Assembly: GCA_004431415.1 (NCBI GenBank)
Contig: QPMI01000209.1
Span: 1-64,000, forward strand
DNA length: 64,000 nt
Reading direction: 5' to 3'
From: Cyanophora paradoxa CCMP329
Taxonomy: Eukaryota > Plantae > Glaucophyta
The notes beneath the pieces are model-generated. The model had not been told where the DNA came from. It did not search any database and saw nothing but the letters and a program-made list of their open reading frames with translations. Shown piece by piece: positions 18,948 through 33,900 of the stretch (its first letter is position 1; every line of letters begins with the position of its first letter). Made by a program: the position numbers and the translations under genes.

Positions 18948-21900
18948 ACACACACACCTCCCCTTCCCCCGCGTCTGCCGCGTTTGATCCATTCTCTTAC
19001 CCTTCTCTTGTTTCATTCTCCCCACCCGGACCCCCGCCCCCTCCACTCCTCTCCTGCAGCTGGCCCCCGCCTCTCTTGCCTCTCCTACCTCGTGCACCTC
19101 AAGCCCCTTCACCCGTACGGGTACACCTGACATCACACTGCTCGCAGGTAGCAACAGGGGGCGCTCTGCGCGTGGAGCGGGCCGGAGAGGGCGTGCAGAC
19201 CGATGCCGTCCTCGTCGCCTCCAAGGTGGGCGCGGCCCCGTCCAGCACGCACCTCGATCGCCCCCTCAGCCCCGCGTCGCAGTGGACGCACGTCGCAGTG
19301 TCCCTGATAGCGGACGGAACGGAAGCCGTGGCCTCGATCTACGTTGATGGCGCTCTGCGCGGGACGGGGACCCTGCCGGCTGCGGGGGGCCCTTGGACGG
19401 GTCCGCTAGTCATCGGCGCGGCGCCCTTCGCGGGCTCGTCGGCTGCGGCACGTGCATTCACAGGTGACAGTCGACTTCTATTCTCAATTGTGTCTTATAA
19501 AGCTATCCGAAACGATGAGAAGCGCTCACGCGTGCTCAGGTCTCATTGACGAAGTCCGCGCGTGGAATCGGTCGCTCGATACAAGCGAGCTGTCGGCTAT
19601 CGTCCAAGGAAGGATCACGGCCGCCTTGCTCTCAGATCCCTCGTTGCGCCTTTTCTACAGGTTCATATTTCATTTATGTTCCTTGCGACTTTTGATCCTC
19701 TGTTCCTTGCAACTTATGCTCCTCTACAGCTTCGACCAGGACACAGAGGGCTTCACCGCGATAGACAGGAGTCCCGCGGCCGCTTTCCCGGCGACCTTCT
19801 ACGATGCCGCTGGATCGCCGCTCAGCACGGCATCGCCCCAAGTGCAGCGCACCGTGCAGAGCGCGACCCCGGACAGAACCTCTTCCGTCTCCTGCCCCCT
19901 TGCAGTCGTCCCGGGGGACTCGATACAGTGAGTCGCTATTCGAGATCGGAGTCATTACAAATTGTATAGATTGTCCTTTTTTTTAGATGCACGGTGGCCA
20001 TGCGGCGCTCCGGTCTTGCGGTAACTTCGGACGCCTCTTGGCTGCGCGTCTCTGCATCGGCGGATTCCTCCGCGAACGCCACGCTCGGGTCCTTGTCTCC
20101 CGGAGACCCTAGCGCCCAGGCGGAATCCGTAAAGTTTTCCGTCTCGTTCCCTTCCTCGAACCCAACCACCGGTGCGCACACGCTTGCTCTTATATTTTGA
20201 GCGTGTAAGCTTGCACTTATATCTGAACAGGCTTCTTTGAGTTCTTCGTCACCGTACCAGCTGGGCAGGTCCGCTGGCGTACCAAACCCATGATCAGGAA
20301 GCCTGATGAAGAGAGACTTGCGCAGCTGGGCTCTCCGATCCGTGTATTCATGGCGGCCGAGGCAATCAACACGACTGCGTTCGCCAGCTCCTACATTCAG
20401 TGGCAGACGCACTGGGGGTACTCGACGCCGCACCCGCCCACGTGGCAGGGCGAGGTCGTGTTCGGAACCTTCCACGCTCGGAGGGGCCCCAACTCGCCGT
20501 ACACGATCCCCCGGTAGGCTATGGCTTTTAAAAGGATCCATCACTTGAAGTCTTTTATGATTCTCGCGCGCGCGCGCCTCCACCCAGCTCGTCGATCGTC
20601 GTCAACCCGAGCCGGACGACGGGAAACGTGGAGCTGGAATGGTGGCCCCCGCCGACGGCCTTCTGGTACACGGAGAGCCTCCGGCCGGACTACGGCGCGT
20701 CGTTCCCGTTCATCGTCAAGTTCCAGGCGGACAGCGAGATCGACCCGACGAAGTGGGACAAGTTCTGCGTCACTAGACAGTGCGGATCACGCCACAAAGC
20801 AGACGGGGCGTTTGTCTGAGGTTCTCACATTGCATGGGCTGCAGGTTCTCGATCCGCGTCGCAATCGGCAACAGATCGCTCGACACGTCTGCGTACCCTT
20901 TCTCTGTTTGCGGTGCGCAATCAGCATCCATTCTCCCTGCAAGCGGGAGGTTTCTTTTGCGCTGAAATCTGTCGATTGCGCGGCAGCCGCGCTTCTGGAT
21001 TACGCGTGCGTGCATCGGCCTTAGTTGCTGATCGGCGCCGACTTGCTCTGCATGCTCTCTGAAGCCCATGGCCATGCATGCCTTGAATCCTCTCTCCGCC
21101 AGGTACTACCACAAGACAAACGTGAGCGTCACCAGGACGTTTCGCTATTTGAATCTATGGGAGTCCGCCCTCCTGTACTTGCCTCGGTTCGCCTCTTCCC
21201 CCAGCGGGCTGTTGCCGGTTTGTCTCACTTTCCCTTCGTTCTTAAATCGTCAGCGAAAATACCGGAAACGCGGTTCCGTCAAGTGCAGTCGTACGTGGGA
21301 CTGATGTTGCGCCCTTGGAAGACTTGTTCCACATTGACTTCGTCCATGCTTTGCGTGTCCGTCTCTCAGAGTGTCGGTGGTTCTTTTCCAGAGGGCATTG
21401 TTCGCGTTTTATGTTTTTTACCCAATATTGTTTTAATGGACATGCTGTGCTGACGTCAATCTAGACGTACTACCACATTGTCTACGTGGATCCGGACAAT
21501 CTGCAAACCTTCGTATGCACTTTTGATTTTAACCTGTATCACTTGTCTATGCCCAATCGACTCCTGACTCGCAATCATTGCAGCCTTTTACTGATCCAGG
21601 TTTTCGTCTCTTGCGTTTACAATTCTTCCATAACTTCTAACCTGCCCTAACCCCCCCCCCCCCCCCCCCCTTCCCCCCGCCCCCCCTCCAGGGTTTAAGG
21701 AGAGGACGAGCGAGGCGTACGCATTCGTTTTTGCGATTCGTGAGAATCACTTTGCTGACGCGTTGTTTTTAGGGACCCATCTTGGGGGTACATGCAGGTT
21801 CGCACGAAGTGCTGCAAAGAACTCGCGATCGAGTGTCCTACTCCTAGGACCCAGTTACCCGCCAAGAAGCCTAAGACTCGGACTCGAGAGGTTGATCTGA

Positions 21901-24900
21901 CTGCGGATCTCCAGTCTTGTGAGTGCCGCAGAGAATGGCTCTTTGGCACGGACCTTTGCAAAATCGGTTATAACAAGGTTTGCGATAACGCGGCAAGTGT
22001 GCATGCAATGCAATCTGCGGGCGCTCAACAGGACCGCAGGTAATGGTTTGCATGAGATGGGTTGGCTGCTTTACCGCCTACTACCCGATCTTGACGTGCT
22101 TGTGGTGCACACCTGCATTGGTGACGCCGCCAACGTAAGCCCCTCACTGCTCCCCCCCCCCCTTCCCCCCCCCCCCCCCCCCCCCCCGCCAGGTCTCTCC
22201 CCGTGGGCGACCACGACCGAGAAGCTGTCATGGATTTGCGTGCGCAAGCCGCGCTTTCCCTGTTCGTTTTCGCTTTTTGCGATTGTCTTCGCAGGAGATA
22301 CGCCCTTTGCATTCCAAACAAACGGGTAATCAGCACCTTCAAGCGTTTACCTTGGCTCCGTATCAATCGCGGATTGTGATTATGGCCTGCCAGCACTAAA
22401 TTTCAATCGGGGCGCAAGATTGCTCAGAGCTTCTCGCCTTCATGTAACGACATGGACTGCACAAAAGGTTGTTTCCGAATGCTTGACCTCCTCTGTGCTT
22501 TCTACTCATTGTGAAATCGCAGCTGGCTTCGCTAATTCCACGGTATTTCTCTCGCGATAAAGAGGCTGACCTCTAGCTGATTGTGGATCTCTTGGCAGTT
22601 GTATCGCAACAATCAAGCTCTCCGTAACTACGCAGAAGCCACTTTCCACCCGGACTACCCTGAAACAGCATCCGTCTGTGGTTGCAAGGCAGTCTGCTGC
22701 GGCGCAACCGCCATGCCCTCGAAGATCCAGCTCTCTCTGCTAGGTGAGTGTTGGAGATCTAGACACACACCGGTGTTCAGGTGGGGCGGCTAGCGACGAG
22801 GCGAGGAAGTCGGTCACGTGGGGCGGCGGAAGTCGGCCGCCTGCGTGCGGCCCCACGTCTCGCCCAGTCGCCCCCGCGTGGTTTAGAGGAGACTAGTGCT
22901 TGTCAATTTCCTCGCCTCTTTCTTTCCGTCAAGCTAATGCGTACTCCCTCCCATAATCTTTCTCTAGGGGACCAAAATCCAGCCAACTGGATTCCGAACG
23001 CGCTCCCCGACTTCCCCGATTCAACCAGCGTCCTCGATTGCGGCACGGATGCTGTGCCTGTGAGTGCATTTGGATCCGTTTACGTATGCACATCGGCCTG
23101 TCTTGATGTGCAATCTGCAGAGTGGCGCAACGCTGAACTGCACGTATACCGCTCTGTACGGCGCGCTGCCCGTTTTTTACCGCGTGTGGTACTCCACTCT
23201 CCCTTTGATTGTACACGCGTCTGGTATCTCAATTTGCGCCGGCAGGGACTTGTCCGTCGTGAGTTTAGAGTACAGCCGCGGCTCCGTCAGCGACGTAGTC
23301 CCCTTCGATCCGCCCTTCACCACCTACTTCATCTACACCAAAAACTGCTCGTTCTCGCTCCAACTGCACACCTCTGTCGAGGGGAGCGGGACGGGCATTT
23401 TACGGGTGCAGTTTGCAACGTGATCGAAACCCCCTCGCAGTCTCACAGCAATTTTCCAGTTCTATGGGCAGAACGGAATCAACCTCGGCTCGCTGGAGAT
23501 CTCTGTATACGGTGCATTGCGAAATCGGCACGCCTCGGTTTGTCCCCGTCCTGCTCACTGACAGCTGCTTAGTTTTCGCGGACGACACCAGCGTACTAGA
23601 CTGCGGCGCTGTCACTCTGGTGGCAACGGGGACCTCCGTCAGCTGTTTCGTGTATCCACGCTTCGAACAAGAGGGCTTGTCCATTCACTCGTCTGTCTTC
23701 GTTCCTAGCGTCTCAGCGGTCGCCGTCGACGGCTCGGCGCTCTCAGGGTCGAGTGCTGGCAATGCGACGCTTCCCGCCGACACATCGAATGCGCTCCGGA
23801 TTGTCATTACTGCCGGACACGTCTCAGGCACTATGACCGTGGCTGTCGCTCCATGCCTAGATTCCGTCTCGCTCTCCGTCACCAGTGCGTGCGATTCGGT
23901 TCGTCTTTGCAGCCGCTGCTGAGCGTGGGCGCAGCGGACCCGGACGCGATCACCTTCGCGCACGACGGCGCGGAGCCCTTCTGGATCCGCATGGGCACAG
24001 ACGTCACCCTCCGCGCCACCGTGGCCGCCACGCTGCGCTCGGCAACCGTGTACCCCAACGTGGCCGGCCTGCGGCTCGCCGTGAGCGGCAGCCTCGTCCT
24101 GGCGACTCTGAGCGACGTCGACCAGACCGCGCCGGCACTGCCGTCGGTGACGGTGACGCTGGCCACCAGCCCCGACCTCTGTATGACGTGCACGGGGCCC
24201 GGAGCCTTCACGATTTGGAACGCCGCCGGGCAGCTCCTCTACAGCTTGCCTGTTCACGTGTACAGTGCGCGGTGATCTTTGCTTCGTGTTCCGGGCGCGC
24301 GCGCTGATGTCTTCGCGCAGCTACGCCCGGGGCCGCCGTGCTTTCGTGCCCCAACACTCCGATTCCAGCGCAAGCGTTCAATTGCACCGCCACCTTCTAC
24401 GACGTCCTCGACGGCACCGAGCTGTACGCCAACTTGGATGACGTGGCGGCGACGGCGGCAGGCGGCTCGGCCAGCATTGTGCCTCCGAGCAACGGTCCTG
24501 TGCAGTCGCGGATCACGATCACCGTGCACCCTACGACGGACCCGCCCCCCGGATTCAACGGCAACGTTGCCGTGCAGGCGGTGCTGAAGAACGGCCAGCT
24601 CCTCGGGACAGCTCTCGTGCCGATCATCTACGTCGCCGACAACAGCAGCAGCGTCGCGTGCGCTAAGCCTCAGGTTGCATTGGCGGGTACCATCGAGTGC
24701 ACCCTCACGCCGCGGCGTCTCGGCGAGCTCGTGTGGACTGACGCGGCTACCATCGGATTCGAAGGCGACGGGGCCCTCGCCTCGGTAGCGGGAACACTGT
24801 CTCCGACGAGCGGACCGGCTCAATCCGTTTCGTTCCGAGTGATCGGCCAGTCCGGTCGGCTGCTGACAGGCCCTTCTCTGGCGATGGCGCTTTCGTACGG

Positions 24901-27900
24901 CGTGTCGATTGCGAATGCGACCATCATCGTCTTCGCCTCCCCCGACGCGACGAGCAGTGCCGTGCGCCGCTCCGTGTTTTTCATCGAGAGGCCCTGCAAC
25001 TGATTGATTCCACTCCTGCCCAGATGTGCCCTGGTCGTGTGTGGGCAGGCGAGTCTGCCGTCTGCACGTTCTATGCTCGCAAGGTGCTTCCCATTCCCTG
25101 CCCTGACTTTGGCCTGCAGCCGCGTGCCTGAAGCATCATTCACACTCCCGCAGAATTCGCTTGTAATCTGGGCAAACCTGGCGGACATCTCGTCGACCGG
25201 CGTCGCGAGCGTGAAGGGCGCGTCGCTCATGTCCGGCTACGCGGTGGAAGGTCAATTTGACATCTACACAACGTCTAACCCGTCATCTGATCACTCGGGC
25301 CCTGGACGCGTGGACCTTTCCTCGTCCTCGAATATCTTCCTCGGTTCGGGATCAATCACTGTTCTCGGTGCGAGTGTCCAGAACGTAAACGCTAAATTCG
25401 ACGTAGCTTATGGCCTCGCTTGCAGACGTCCCTTCCTACGACGGAAGCTCCCTCGCCTGCCCCGCAACGCCGATGGTCGCGCTCGTCCCGTTCAACTGCA
25501 CATACTACCCGAAGCGAGTCGGGTTCTCCATCTACGGCGTCCCAGAGAACGTGTCGCTCAACGCAACGAACGCGCGAGCCGCAATCGCAGAGGCCGCTGG
25601 CACGTTCGGCCCTAGCTTTATCGTGGCAGTGGTTGCAGACCGGGATCCGGTCGTCGGCGGCGAGAGCTCCGTTGAAATCTTTGCGTGGCTCTCGGGCACC
25701 GAAGAGCGGCTTGGAGAGGCAAAGGCATTGGTCTCGTACGTGGTCGATGCATCCAGCAGCCTCGAGTGCGGCGCCGAGCAGCTGGCGCTGGCCTCGACGG
25801 TTGACTGCACGCTGACGCCGCGGCGATTGGGCGAGCTGGTGTGGGCGGAGGCGTCGACGATCGGGTTCACCGGCGACGGGGCGCTGGCACCGGTTGCGGG
25901 TTCGCTGCAGCCGTCGAGCGGACCCGCGCAGAAATTCTTCTTCAGGCTGCTGGGTCAGTCGGGGCGGGTCTTGACAGGCAATTCGACGGCAATGACGCTC
26001 TCTAACGGAGAGTCGGCTTCTAACACGACCGTCCTCGTGTACGGGCCGCCGGATTCCACAAGCACAATCGTGCGCATACACGATTTCGCAAGGCAGCGCT
26101 ACTTTTCATTTGTTTTTGTCTGGCTTACCAGTGGCCATCGCAGACCTGCGACAATCCGGCGGCGATGTGGGCGGGCTCGATCTCGGACTGCATCTTTATC
26201 CCGCGAATGGTAGGCTCTTTTTGATTCCCTTTTGGCACAATTTGTCTAATCCAGATTCGGCGCGAAGCAATCAGCGGTGATCTGGTCATATTTGAACGAC
26301 GTGACATTTTCCGTCAGCGGAAGCATTAAAGGCTTCGTGCGAACTGCAATGGAGGGGTATCAGACGGAAGGAAAGTTTACTGTCGTCACAACAAACATTC
26401 CGGATGCTACGTACACTGGTCCCGGTGCCGTTGCAGCAATCGACTTTGCTACGAGCGTCACACTAGCATCCTATTCGTTTGTCGTCATCGGTATGTCTTA
26501 GTGTGCATCGCGTGATCTTCATTGCCCTGATCCCGCGCCATCTGACGCTCTGCTTCGTCAGACAATCCCGACAGCGCGCTTGCGACATCGGTGCTGGACT
26601 GCCCTTTGGGGCATCAGACGGCACTCGTCTCCTTCAACTGCACATTCTATCCGAAAACCGGCGATGTGGCGGTTTTCGGCATTGCATCGAGCGTCACTGC
26701 TTACTCCGTCAACTCGAGCACATTCGTTGCCGACCCGCCCTCGACCGTCGCAACTCAGTTCACTGTCACGGTTACTGCAGCGGCATCGCCAATCTCCGAA
26801 GGCGGAAGCAGCATCGTAATTGTGGCGTACCTTCTGTCTCTCAATGGCTCGTCGACGGGAATGGCGCTCGCTCGCAGTACAGTACCGATCGTGTACATCG
26901 CCGACGAGAGCAGCAGCCTCGCGTGCGGCGTCGCGCAGCTCATCCTGATGGCCGTCGTCGACTGCACGCTGACGCCGCGGCGACTGGGCGAGCTCGTGTG
27001 GGCGGACGCGGCGACCATCGGGTTCATCGGCGACGGGGCGCTGTCGCCGGTGGCGGGGTCGCTGCAGCCGGGGGCGGGGCCGGCGCAGTCGTTTGTCTTC
27101 CAGATGCGTGCGGAGCGGGGGCGGCTGCTGACGGGCCCGTCGGTGGCGATGGCGCTGTCCGCTGGGCTATCGGTGGCGAACGCGAGTGTGCTCGTGTACG
27201 GCGCACCCGACAACACAACGACGGCGGTGCTGCACTCGGCATTTTTTGCGTTGTAGAGCCAACTTGACCTTCTGTTCTTGCAGACTTGCGACCAGAACAT
27301 TTGGGCTGGAGTGTCAGCTGTATGCTCCTTTACTCCACGTCTGGTGCGCCAACTCTAGCCGGATGTGAATCGAAATAAATTATCATGAAGAGCATTATCA
27401 TGCCCCTAGCTGAGTGGGGCATGGGCAGGACTCCGAGGTAATCTGGGCTCTGCTGGACGAACTCGTCCCGGTTCCCTTCGCGAGCGTCAAAGCTTCGACC
27501 TTCATGACTGGTTACGCGACGGAGGGCAACATAACCTTCGATACGACCGCCGTCCCCATGTCCGACCACACCGGCCCTGGTGGCGTCGAGTTCTGGTCCT
27601 CGTCAGGGCAGCTGCTGACAGCAGGGCACACAATCGTCCAAGGTGCATGCTCTGATGCGCGACCACTAGCGCACTAGCGCGCTTCTTTGCTTACCAAAGC
27701 TGCTTGCGCTAGACGTGCCAGAGGACATGAACGACGGCTGCTCGCTGGTGTGTCCAAGCACGCAGCAGACGGCGCTGGTCCCTTTCAACTGCACGTTCGT
27801 CCCCAGGCGCGCCGGTTTCGTCATCTACGGCCTCTCCGACAACGTGACTGCCAACGCAACGAACGCCGACGCGGTCGTCTTCGAGCCCTTTGGCACCCTC

Positions 27901-30900
27901 GCGACCCAGTTCACCATCACCGTCACGGCGTGGGCGACGCCCGTGACGAACGGCAGCAGCGCGATCCGCGTGCTCGCGTGGCTCCCGGGGATGGAGACGC
28001 AGCTCGTGGAGGCCGGCAGCGCGATCGTGTACATCGCTGACGAGAGCAGCAGCCTCGCGTGCGGCGCAGAGCAGCTCATCCTGACGGCCGCCGTCGACTG
28101 CACGCTGACGCCGCGGCGACTGGGCGAGCTCGTGTGGGCGGACGCTGCGACCATCGGGTTCATCGGCGACGGGGCGCTGTCCCCGGTGGCGGGGTCGCTT
28201 CAGCCGGGGGCGGGGCCGGCGCAGTCGTTTGTCTTCCGGATGCTTGGCGAGTCGGGACGGCTGCTGACGGGTCCATCGAAGCCGATCGTGCTGTCCTCTG
28301 GGGCCCCGGTGGCGAACGCAAGTGTGCTCGTGTACGGACCGCCTGACAACTCAAGCTCTCTGGTGCGAGCAAATGCTGTGGCGCACATGTTCCCGCTGAT
28401 ACTGCTCATGCAGACATGCCCCGGTCGTGTGTGGGCTGGACAAATTTTTGAATGTCTGTTTACACCGCGCATGGTGCGCGATTGCTGCTTCGTGTATCCA
28501 GTCGCGATTCCTCAGAGCACTATATTGATGCCGACTCCCGGCTTGACGTAGAACGATTCCGTGATCTGGGCCCGGCTCGATGACACAGCCGCGGTCTTCC
28601 ACAATCTCGTCCTGGGCGCAGGTTTCTCAGCAAGCCTGACCGATTACATCCCGATGCTCGGCTATGCCACGTCCGGCCGCCTCTTCGTGAACACGACTGC
28701 CGAGCCTTCAGAGGTCTTCACTGGTCCCGGTCGCGTTCAAGTTGTGCTGCAGGCCGATCCTGTTATTGACCTCGCATCGGCTTCGATCTCCGTCATGGGT
28801 TTGCGAATCGGGGCTTCCGCTCTTAAGATTGTTGCACTGTCTGATGACGCGCTGCAGATATTCCGCGGAGCTCCGCGGACAACTCGACGCTGTCATGCCC
28901 CTCGTACCAGCTTCCGGCTCTCATCCCTTTCAACTGCACCTTCATCCCCAGGCGCGCCGGTTTCGTCATCTACGGCCTCTCCGACAACGTGACTGCCAAC
29001 GCAACGAACGCCGACGCGGTCGTCTTCGAGCCCTTTGGCACCCTCGCGACCCAGTTCACCATCACCGTCACGGCGTGGGCGACGCCCGTGACGAACGGCA
29101 GCAGCGCGATCCGCATGCTCGCGTGGCTCCCGGGGATGGAGACGCAGCTCGCGGAGGCCGGCAGCGCGATCGTGTACATCGCCGACGAGAGCAGCAGCCT
29201 CGCGTGCGGCGTCGCGCAGCTCATCCTGACGGCCGTCGTCGACTGCACGCTGACGCCGCGGCGACTGGGCGAGCTCGTGTGGGCGGACGCGGCGACCATC
29301 GGGTTCATCGGCGACGGGGCGCTGTCGCCGGTGGCGGGGTCGCTTCAGCCGGGGGCGGGGCCGGCGCAGTCGTTTGTCTTCCAGATGCTTGGCGAGTCGG
29401 GACGGCTGCTGACGGGTCCGTCGATGGCGATGGCGCTGTCGAGCAACGCGTCCATCGTCAACAGTTCGATCACCGTTTATCGCGACCCGGACGCCACCAG
29501 CTCATTGGTGCGTCTGCTCGCTTTGCGATTGACGTTTTTGGGTGCTCGCTCATCTCTGTTCTGTCTCTCCGCAGATCTGCCCTTCGGAGCCTGTGTGGGC
29601 CTCCAACCGTACAACATGCACGCTGATCCCTCGCTGGGTGCGAATGGATTGCGCCTGTCGACGTCGTCAATTGCAATTGATATGTGTGCGCTTTACTCTA
29701 ACCTCTGTGGGTTCGCCGCAGGCCTCGCAGCGGATCACGGTTCTCATGGAGGACCTCTTCGTTTCTTGGGGCGGCAGCGTCCTGCAGGTTGACGCTCCTA
29801 GCGGGGTCTCGCCCGAGCCCGTGCTCACAGTGTCAAGTTATGCATTCCCAACGTCCGGATGTGAGTCGAACCAGAATTGGCCTGATGACGATACTCTATC
29901 CCATCATTATCAAGCTGATAATGATCGTGATCCAAATGCAGACACGGGGCCCGGGGAGGTCACCGTGGCGTTCCGGTCTAATGCGTCCGATGTCGTCGCG
30001 TCGGCCTCGATCACCGTGATCGGTGCACTCAACCGCCGCAGCGGCCGCCCTCGTCGAACGGATTTGTGCATCGCTGACCACGATCATTTCGGGCGTTATG
30101 TGTGCCAGATGTGCCGCGCGACAGCTCATCGTCACTCGTGTGCTCCGCATTCAGTCTTGTCGGCGGCCAGTCTGTGAGCACTCGGCCGGCGCCCGCCCTC
30201 TAGATCTGATCACAGCTTGCCGTCGTGACAATCGTTTTCCCTCAGATCAACTGCACCTTCAGCCCGGCACAGACGGGCATCCCGCTCATGGCGTCCCTCG
30301 CGAATATGTCCGTCGTCGTCCGCGGGATGCCAGGCTCTGCCGCCTGGATGCCCGACTCGCCCGCGATCGGAGACCTCTTCCTCATTTCGCACGTGGCGCC
30401 GATGATCACGACCGGCGGCTACATGCTCGCCGTGTACTCGACGGGGTTCAACGGCACCGTCTTCGAGGACGCCGCATCCGCGGAGCTCTACGTGACGAAC
30501 TCGGTCATCGGAGAGGCGTATCCAGACGTCGGCCCCATGACGGGCGGCACGCGCGTGACCCTCACAGGGACGGCCCTGCCTCCCAACACTGGGGCGAAAC
30601 TCGAGGCGCGCGTCTGCAACTCGCCGGCTGTCGTCTGGTCGCTGTGCGTGTCTCACATACGCATTAGTACTTATTCTGATTCTGTCCGTTGCTCACTGCT
30701 TTCGCGCAGCACTGCAACGCAAGCAGTCATCGTCACACCTCCAGCATTCAGCAGCGAAGCCGTTAATGAAACAGGCACTTCAGCGAACGCCACTTCGGCT
30801 GCTGGTCAGCCGTCAAATTCCACCGCGAGTTCAAGTAACTCGTCGACGCTCGCCCCCGTCGGTCTCGCGTACTGCGACATCGACCTCTCCGTCGGGGGCG

Positions 30901-33900
30901 TGCTGGCCGGCATCTGGCCCTCCAGCTTCAGGTTCGCCTGTATAGCTTCTATCCCAATCGATCTCAAATTATGTACCGACCAACCAACAGGTACAATGCG
31001 CCACCTGTCGCGCACATTTCGCCTCTCCCCGCGCGCATAGCGCTGCCCATCGCGAGTCTGGAGTTGAGCGCATTCCTCTCATTCGGTGCGCCGCATGCTT
31101 ATTGTTGTCGCTCGATGTGTAGACGCGACCGCTCTGACCGCTGCGCAGATCCCGACATCGTGGCCCAGCGCGGCGCGCCGGCACCTTCCGAGGGCCTCTT
31201 CTTTGCTTGGAGCGTCGTCGGCCCCGGCCCCGCGCACTTCGGGAACGACTCGCTGGCGAACGTGACGGTCGCGAACCTCACCGCTCCGGGAAACTACACG
31301 TTCACCGTCGACGTGACGGACGCGGACGGGGGAGAACTCGCGAGCGCGTCAGTAACCGTTGAAATTATTCTGCTTCCCGGTGCGTGCATGACGAATGTCG
31401 CTGCAGCTTTTTTATATCCAATGCGATTATTAATGTCGGCTGCGCAGTTCTCGTCACCACTGTTAGGGCCGACATGTCCTTCGACGCTTTCCAACTGAAG
31501 TATGCGAATGCGTCCTACAAGGCCGCTCTGCGGAGCTCTCTAGCAAAAGCCTACGGGGTTGTCGAGGGGTTCGTCTCTTAGCCATGCGCGTCGCTAGAGT
31601 ATCGCGGCATCGCGAGTTACTGTCCGAGTCTGCAGGCGCATCGCGGGAATCAGCGCCAAGGCTGGATCCGTCATTTTGAGCGTCAATGTCACGGCGTCGA
31701 GTCTTGCTGAGGCGGAGATGCTACCGCAAGTAGCGCAGGCCTTCACCGTGCAGCCTGTTGCGGACCTGCTGCAGGTCCCCGCGGCCGGCGTCGCTCAGAT
31801 CAACTCCAGCATTCTCGACCGAGGGGAGAACGCGCCGCCGATGCCCATTCTGGTTGGGCCGAAGGACATTGAGGTCAACGGCTCCGCATTCTGGACCGGT
31901 GTGCCGCGGCATTTGCTACCGAAACGCAGTTCGAGCTGCGCGCTCACTCGTATCCTCAGTGCTCGACGGCCGTCAGAGCAGCGATGTAGATGGAGCGGTG
32001 CAGTCGTATGTCTGGAACCTGATTCCGGACCCAGGCTGTCCTCTCACACAGTGCGTTTTTCTGATCCAGTAAAAGCACGTCAGATCTGATGGAATGCGCT
32101 TGCAGAGCGGACCTGGACACTTCTGTTCCCGGTTTCTGCAACGTTACGACCAAGGAACAGGGATTCTGCCAGGTTGGAAGAGGATAGCTGCTGTGCTATA
32201 GTTTCGCCGAGTGCTTATGCTCTCTTTTCGCAGATCGAATTCAACGTGGAAGACTCGGACCTTACCACATCCACGGAACCGATCATCATCAACCTCGTCA
32301 TGAACCCGCGCCAGAACCTCCCGCCCGTCATCTTCGGCACGCGCAAGGTCAAGGCGCGCATTGGCGCCCGCCTGGCATCGACGTCCCTCAAGCTCGAGCC
32401 GCGCATCGCCGACCAAGACGAGGATGGTGCGGTGGCAGCGCTGGGGCATTTCCCACTGTAAACTTTTGATTTGCTGACGCGGGAGCTCCCTTGCAGGGTT
32501 TATAGCGTCCGTGAGATGGGAGCAGGTGTTTGGGCCTGGCAACGCAACCCTGAAGTCCAGCGGCCAGACTGCGGTCGAGGTGATGCCGACTTTTGTGCCG
32601 GCCTTTTCATGGAACTTTAACTTTAATTGTGTTAACTTCAATTTCACGTGCAACGGTTCCGGGATTGATATCGAGTGATTCGGGCGCACTGTCCTCAGAT
32701 CTCGGGGCTGACAGCGGGCAAGTGGCGATTCCGCGTCACCGCGACGGACAACGGCGTAATGGGAGTACTGCGCCCCTTGAGCTCCAAGGCCGACTTCGAT
32801 GTTGAGGGTGCGGGAGGTTTTGCACGGGGTTGCGTTCCTGGAGCTAAGCTCGCCCACGCTCAGTCTCTTCGACGAGCGTCGTGGACTCGGTGGACCCCGC
32901 GACGGCGAAGGCCGCCGGCGAGACGGTGCGTCTTCCAGTTCTCAAGTGACTGTCAACTGTGCGCGGCAGAGCGGCTGACTTGAGCTTGCCCGCGCCTCAG
33001 ATTGCGACCGCTGTCGCTGCCAGCGTGGCTGCGAGCGTCGCGATTGCTGTGGCGGGGAGTGTGATGGGAGCCGTGGTGGGAGCGTCTGCTGGCGCCGGAG
33101 CGGCTGCTGGGGCGGCCGGGGCAGCCGCCGGCGCTTCCGGCGCGGCTGGCGCGGCTGGGGCCGCTGGCGGTGCAGCGGGTGCGTTTGGCGCGACGGGAGC
33201 TGGTGGCGGCGGCGGCGGCGCTGGACAGGGCGACGCGCCGAATCCAAAGGTCGAAGGTGACACGAACACCGGAACTACGGTGAGCATTCGCGAATTTTCG
33301 GCGCCGTTTTCGCGTCGTCGGCATTGAATTTGACGTCGATGCGTGAATGCGCCTTCCGGCAGACCCTCATCAATCAGACGCAAAAGATTGCGGTCATTGG
33401 GGGCATTGCCGGCGAAAACGTCCCAGAGTCTTACAGAGCGATGTCTGGCGCCCTCGGCACTTTCATGCTCCAGGTTCGCATTTCAAGTTATGGCTGCTCG
33501 AATGCACGAGGTGCTGACATGGGCCACAGTTCAATGTCGTTCCTTTGGACGGCTCGGGCAATGGAACATCGGCCGCCCCCACGCCGACGTGAGCACATTT
33601 CGTCTTCCACTCGCCTCGCAGCGCGCTTATTCGTCCTGCGCAGGCCCGTGCCCCGCCCGGCTGCTCGCAAGATGCTGCAGGCCGTCGCGACAGCGGCGAC
33701 GATGAGCGCAAGCGAGATGGCGCGGAAGGCCTTCCAGAGCGCAATGCTGTACGGCTTCGGGATCCTGGCGATCGTGTCCCTTTTTCACCTGCTGCTCCAT
33801 CTCGTTGTGGTCCGCTGGCTCAAGAAGCTCCCGGGGCTCCCCGGCAAGCTCGGTGCGCACACTCTCTTTTTATGAAGCTTATGACCCTGATTAAGTCTGC

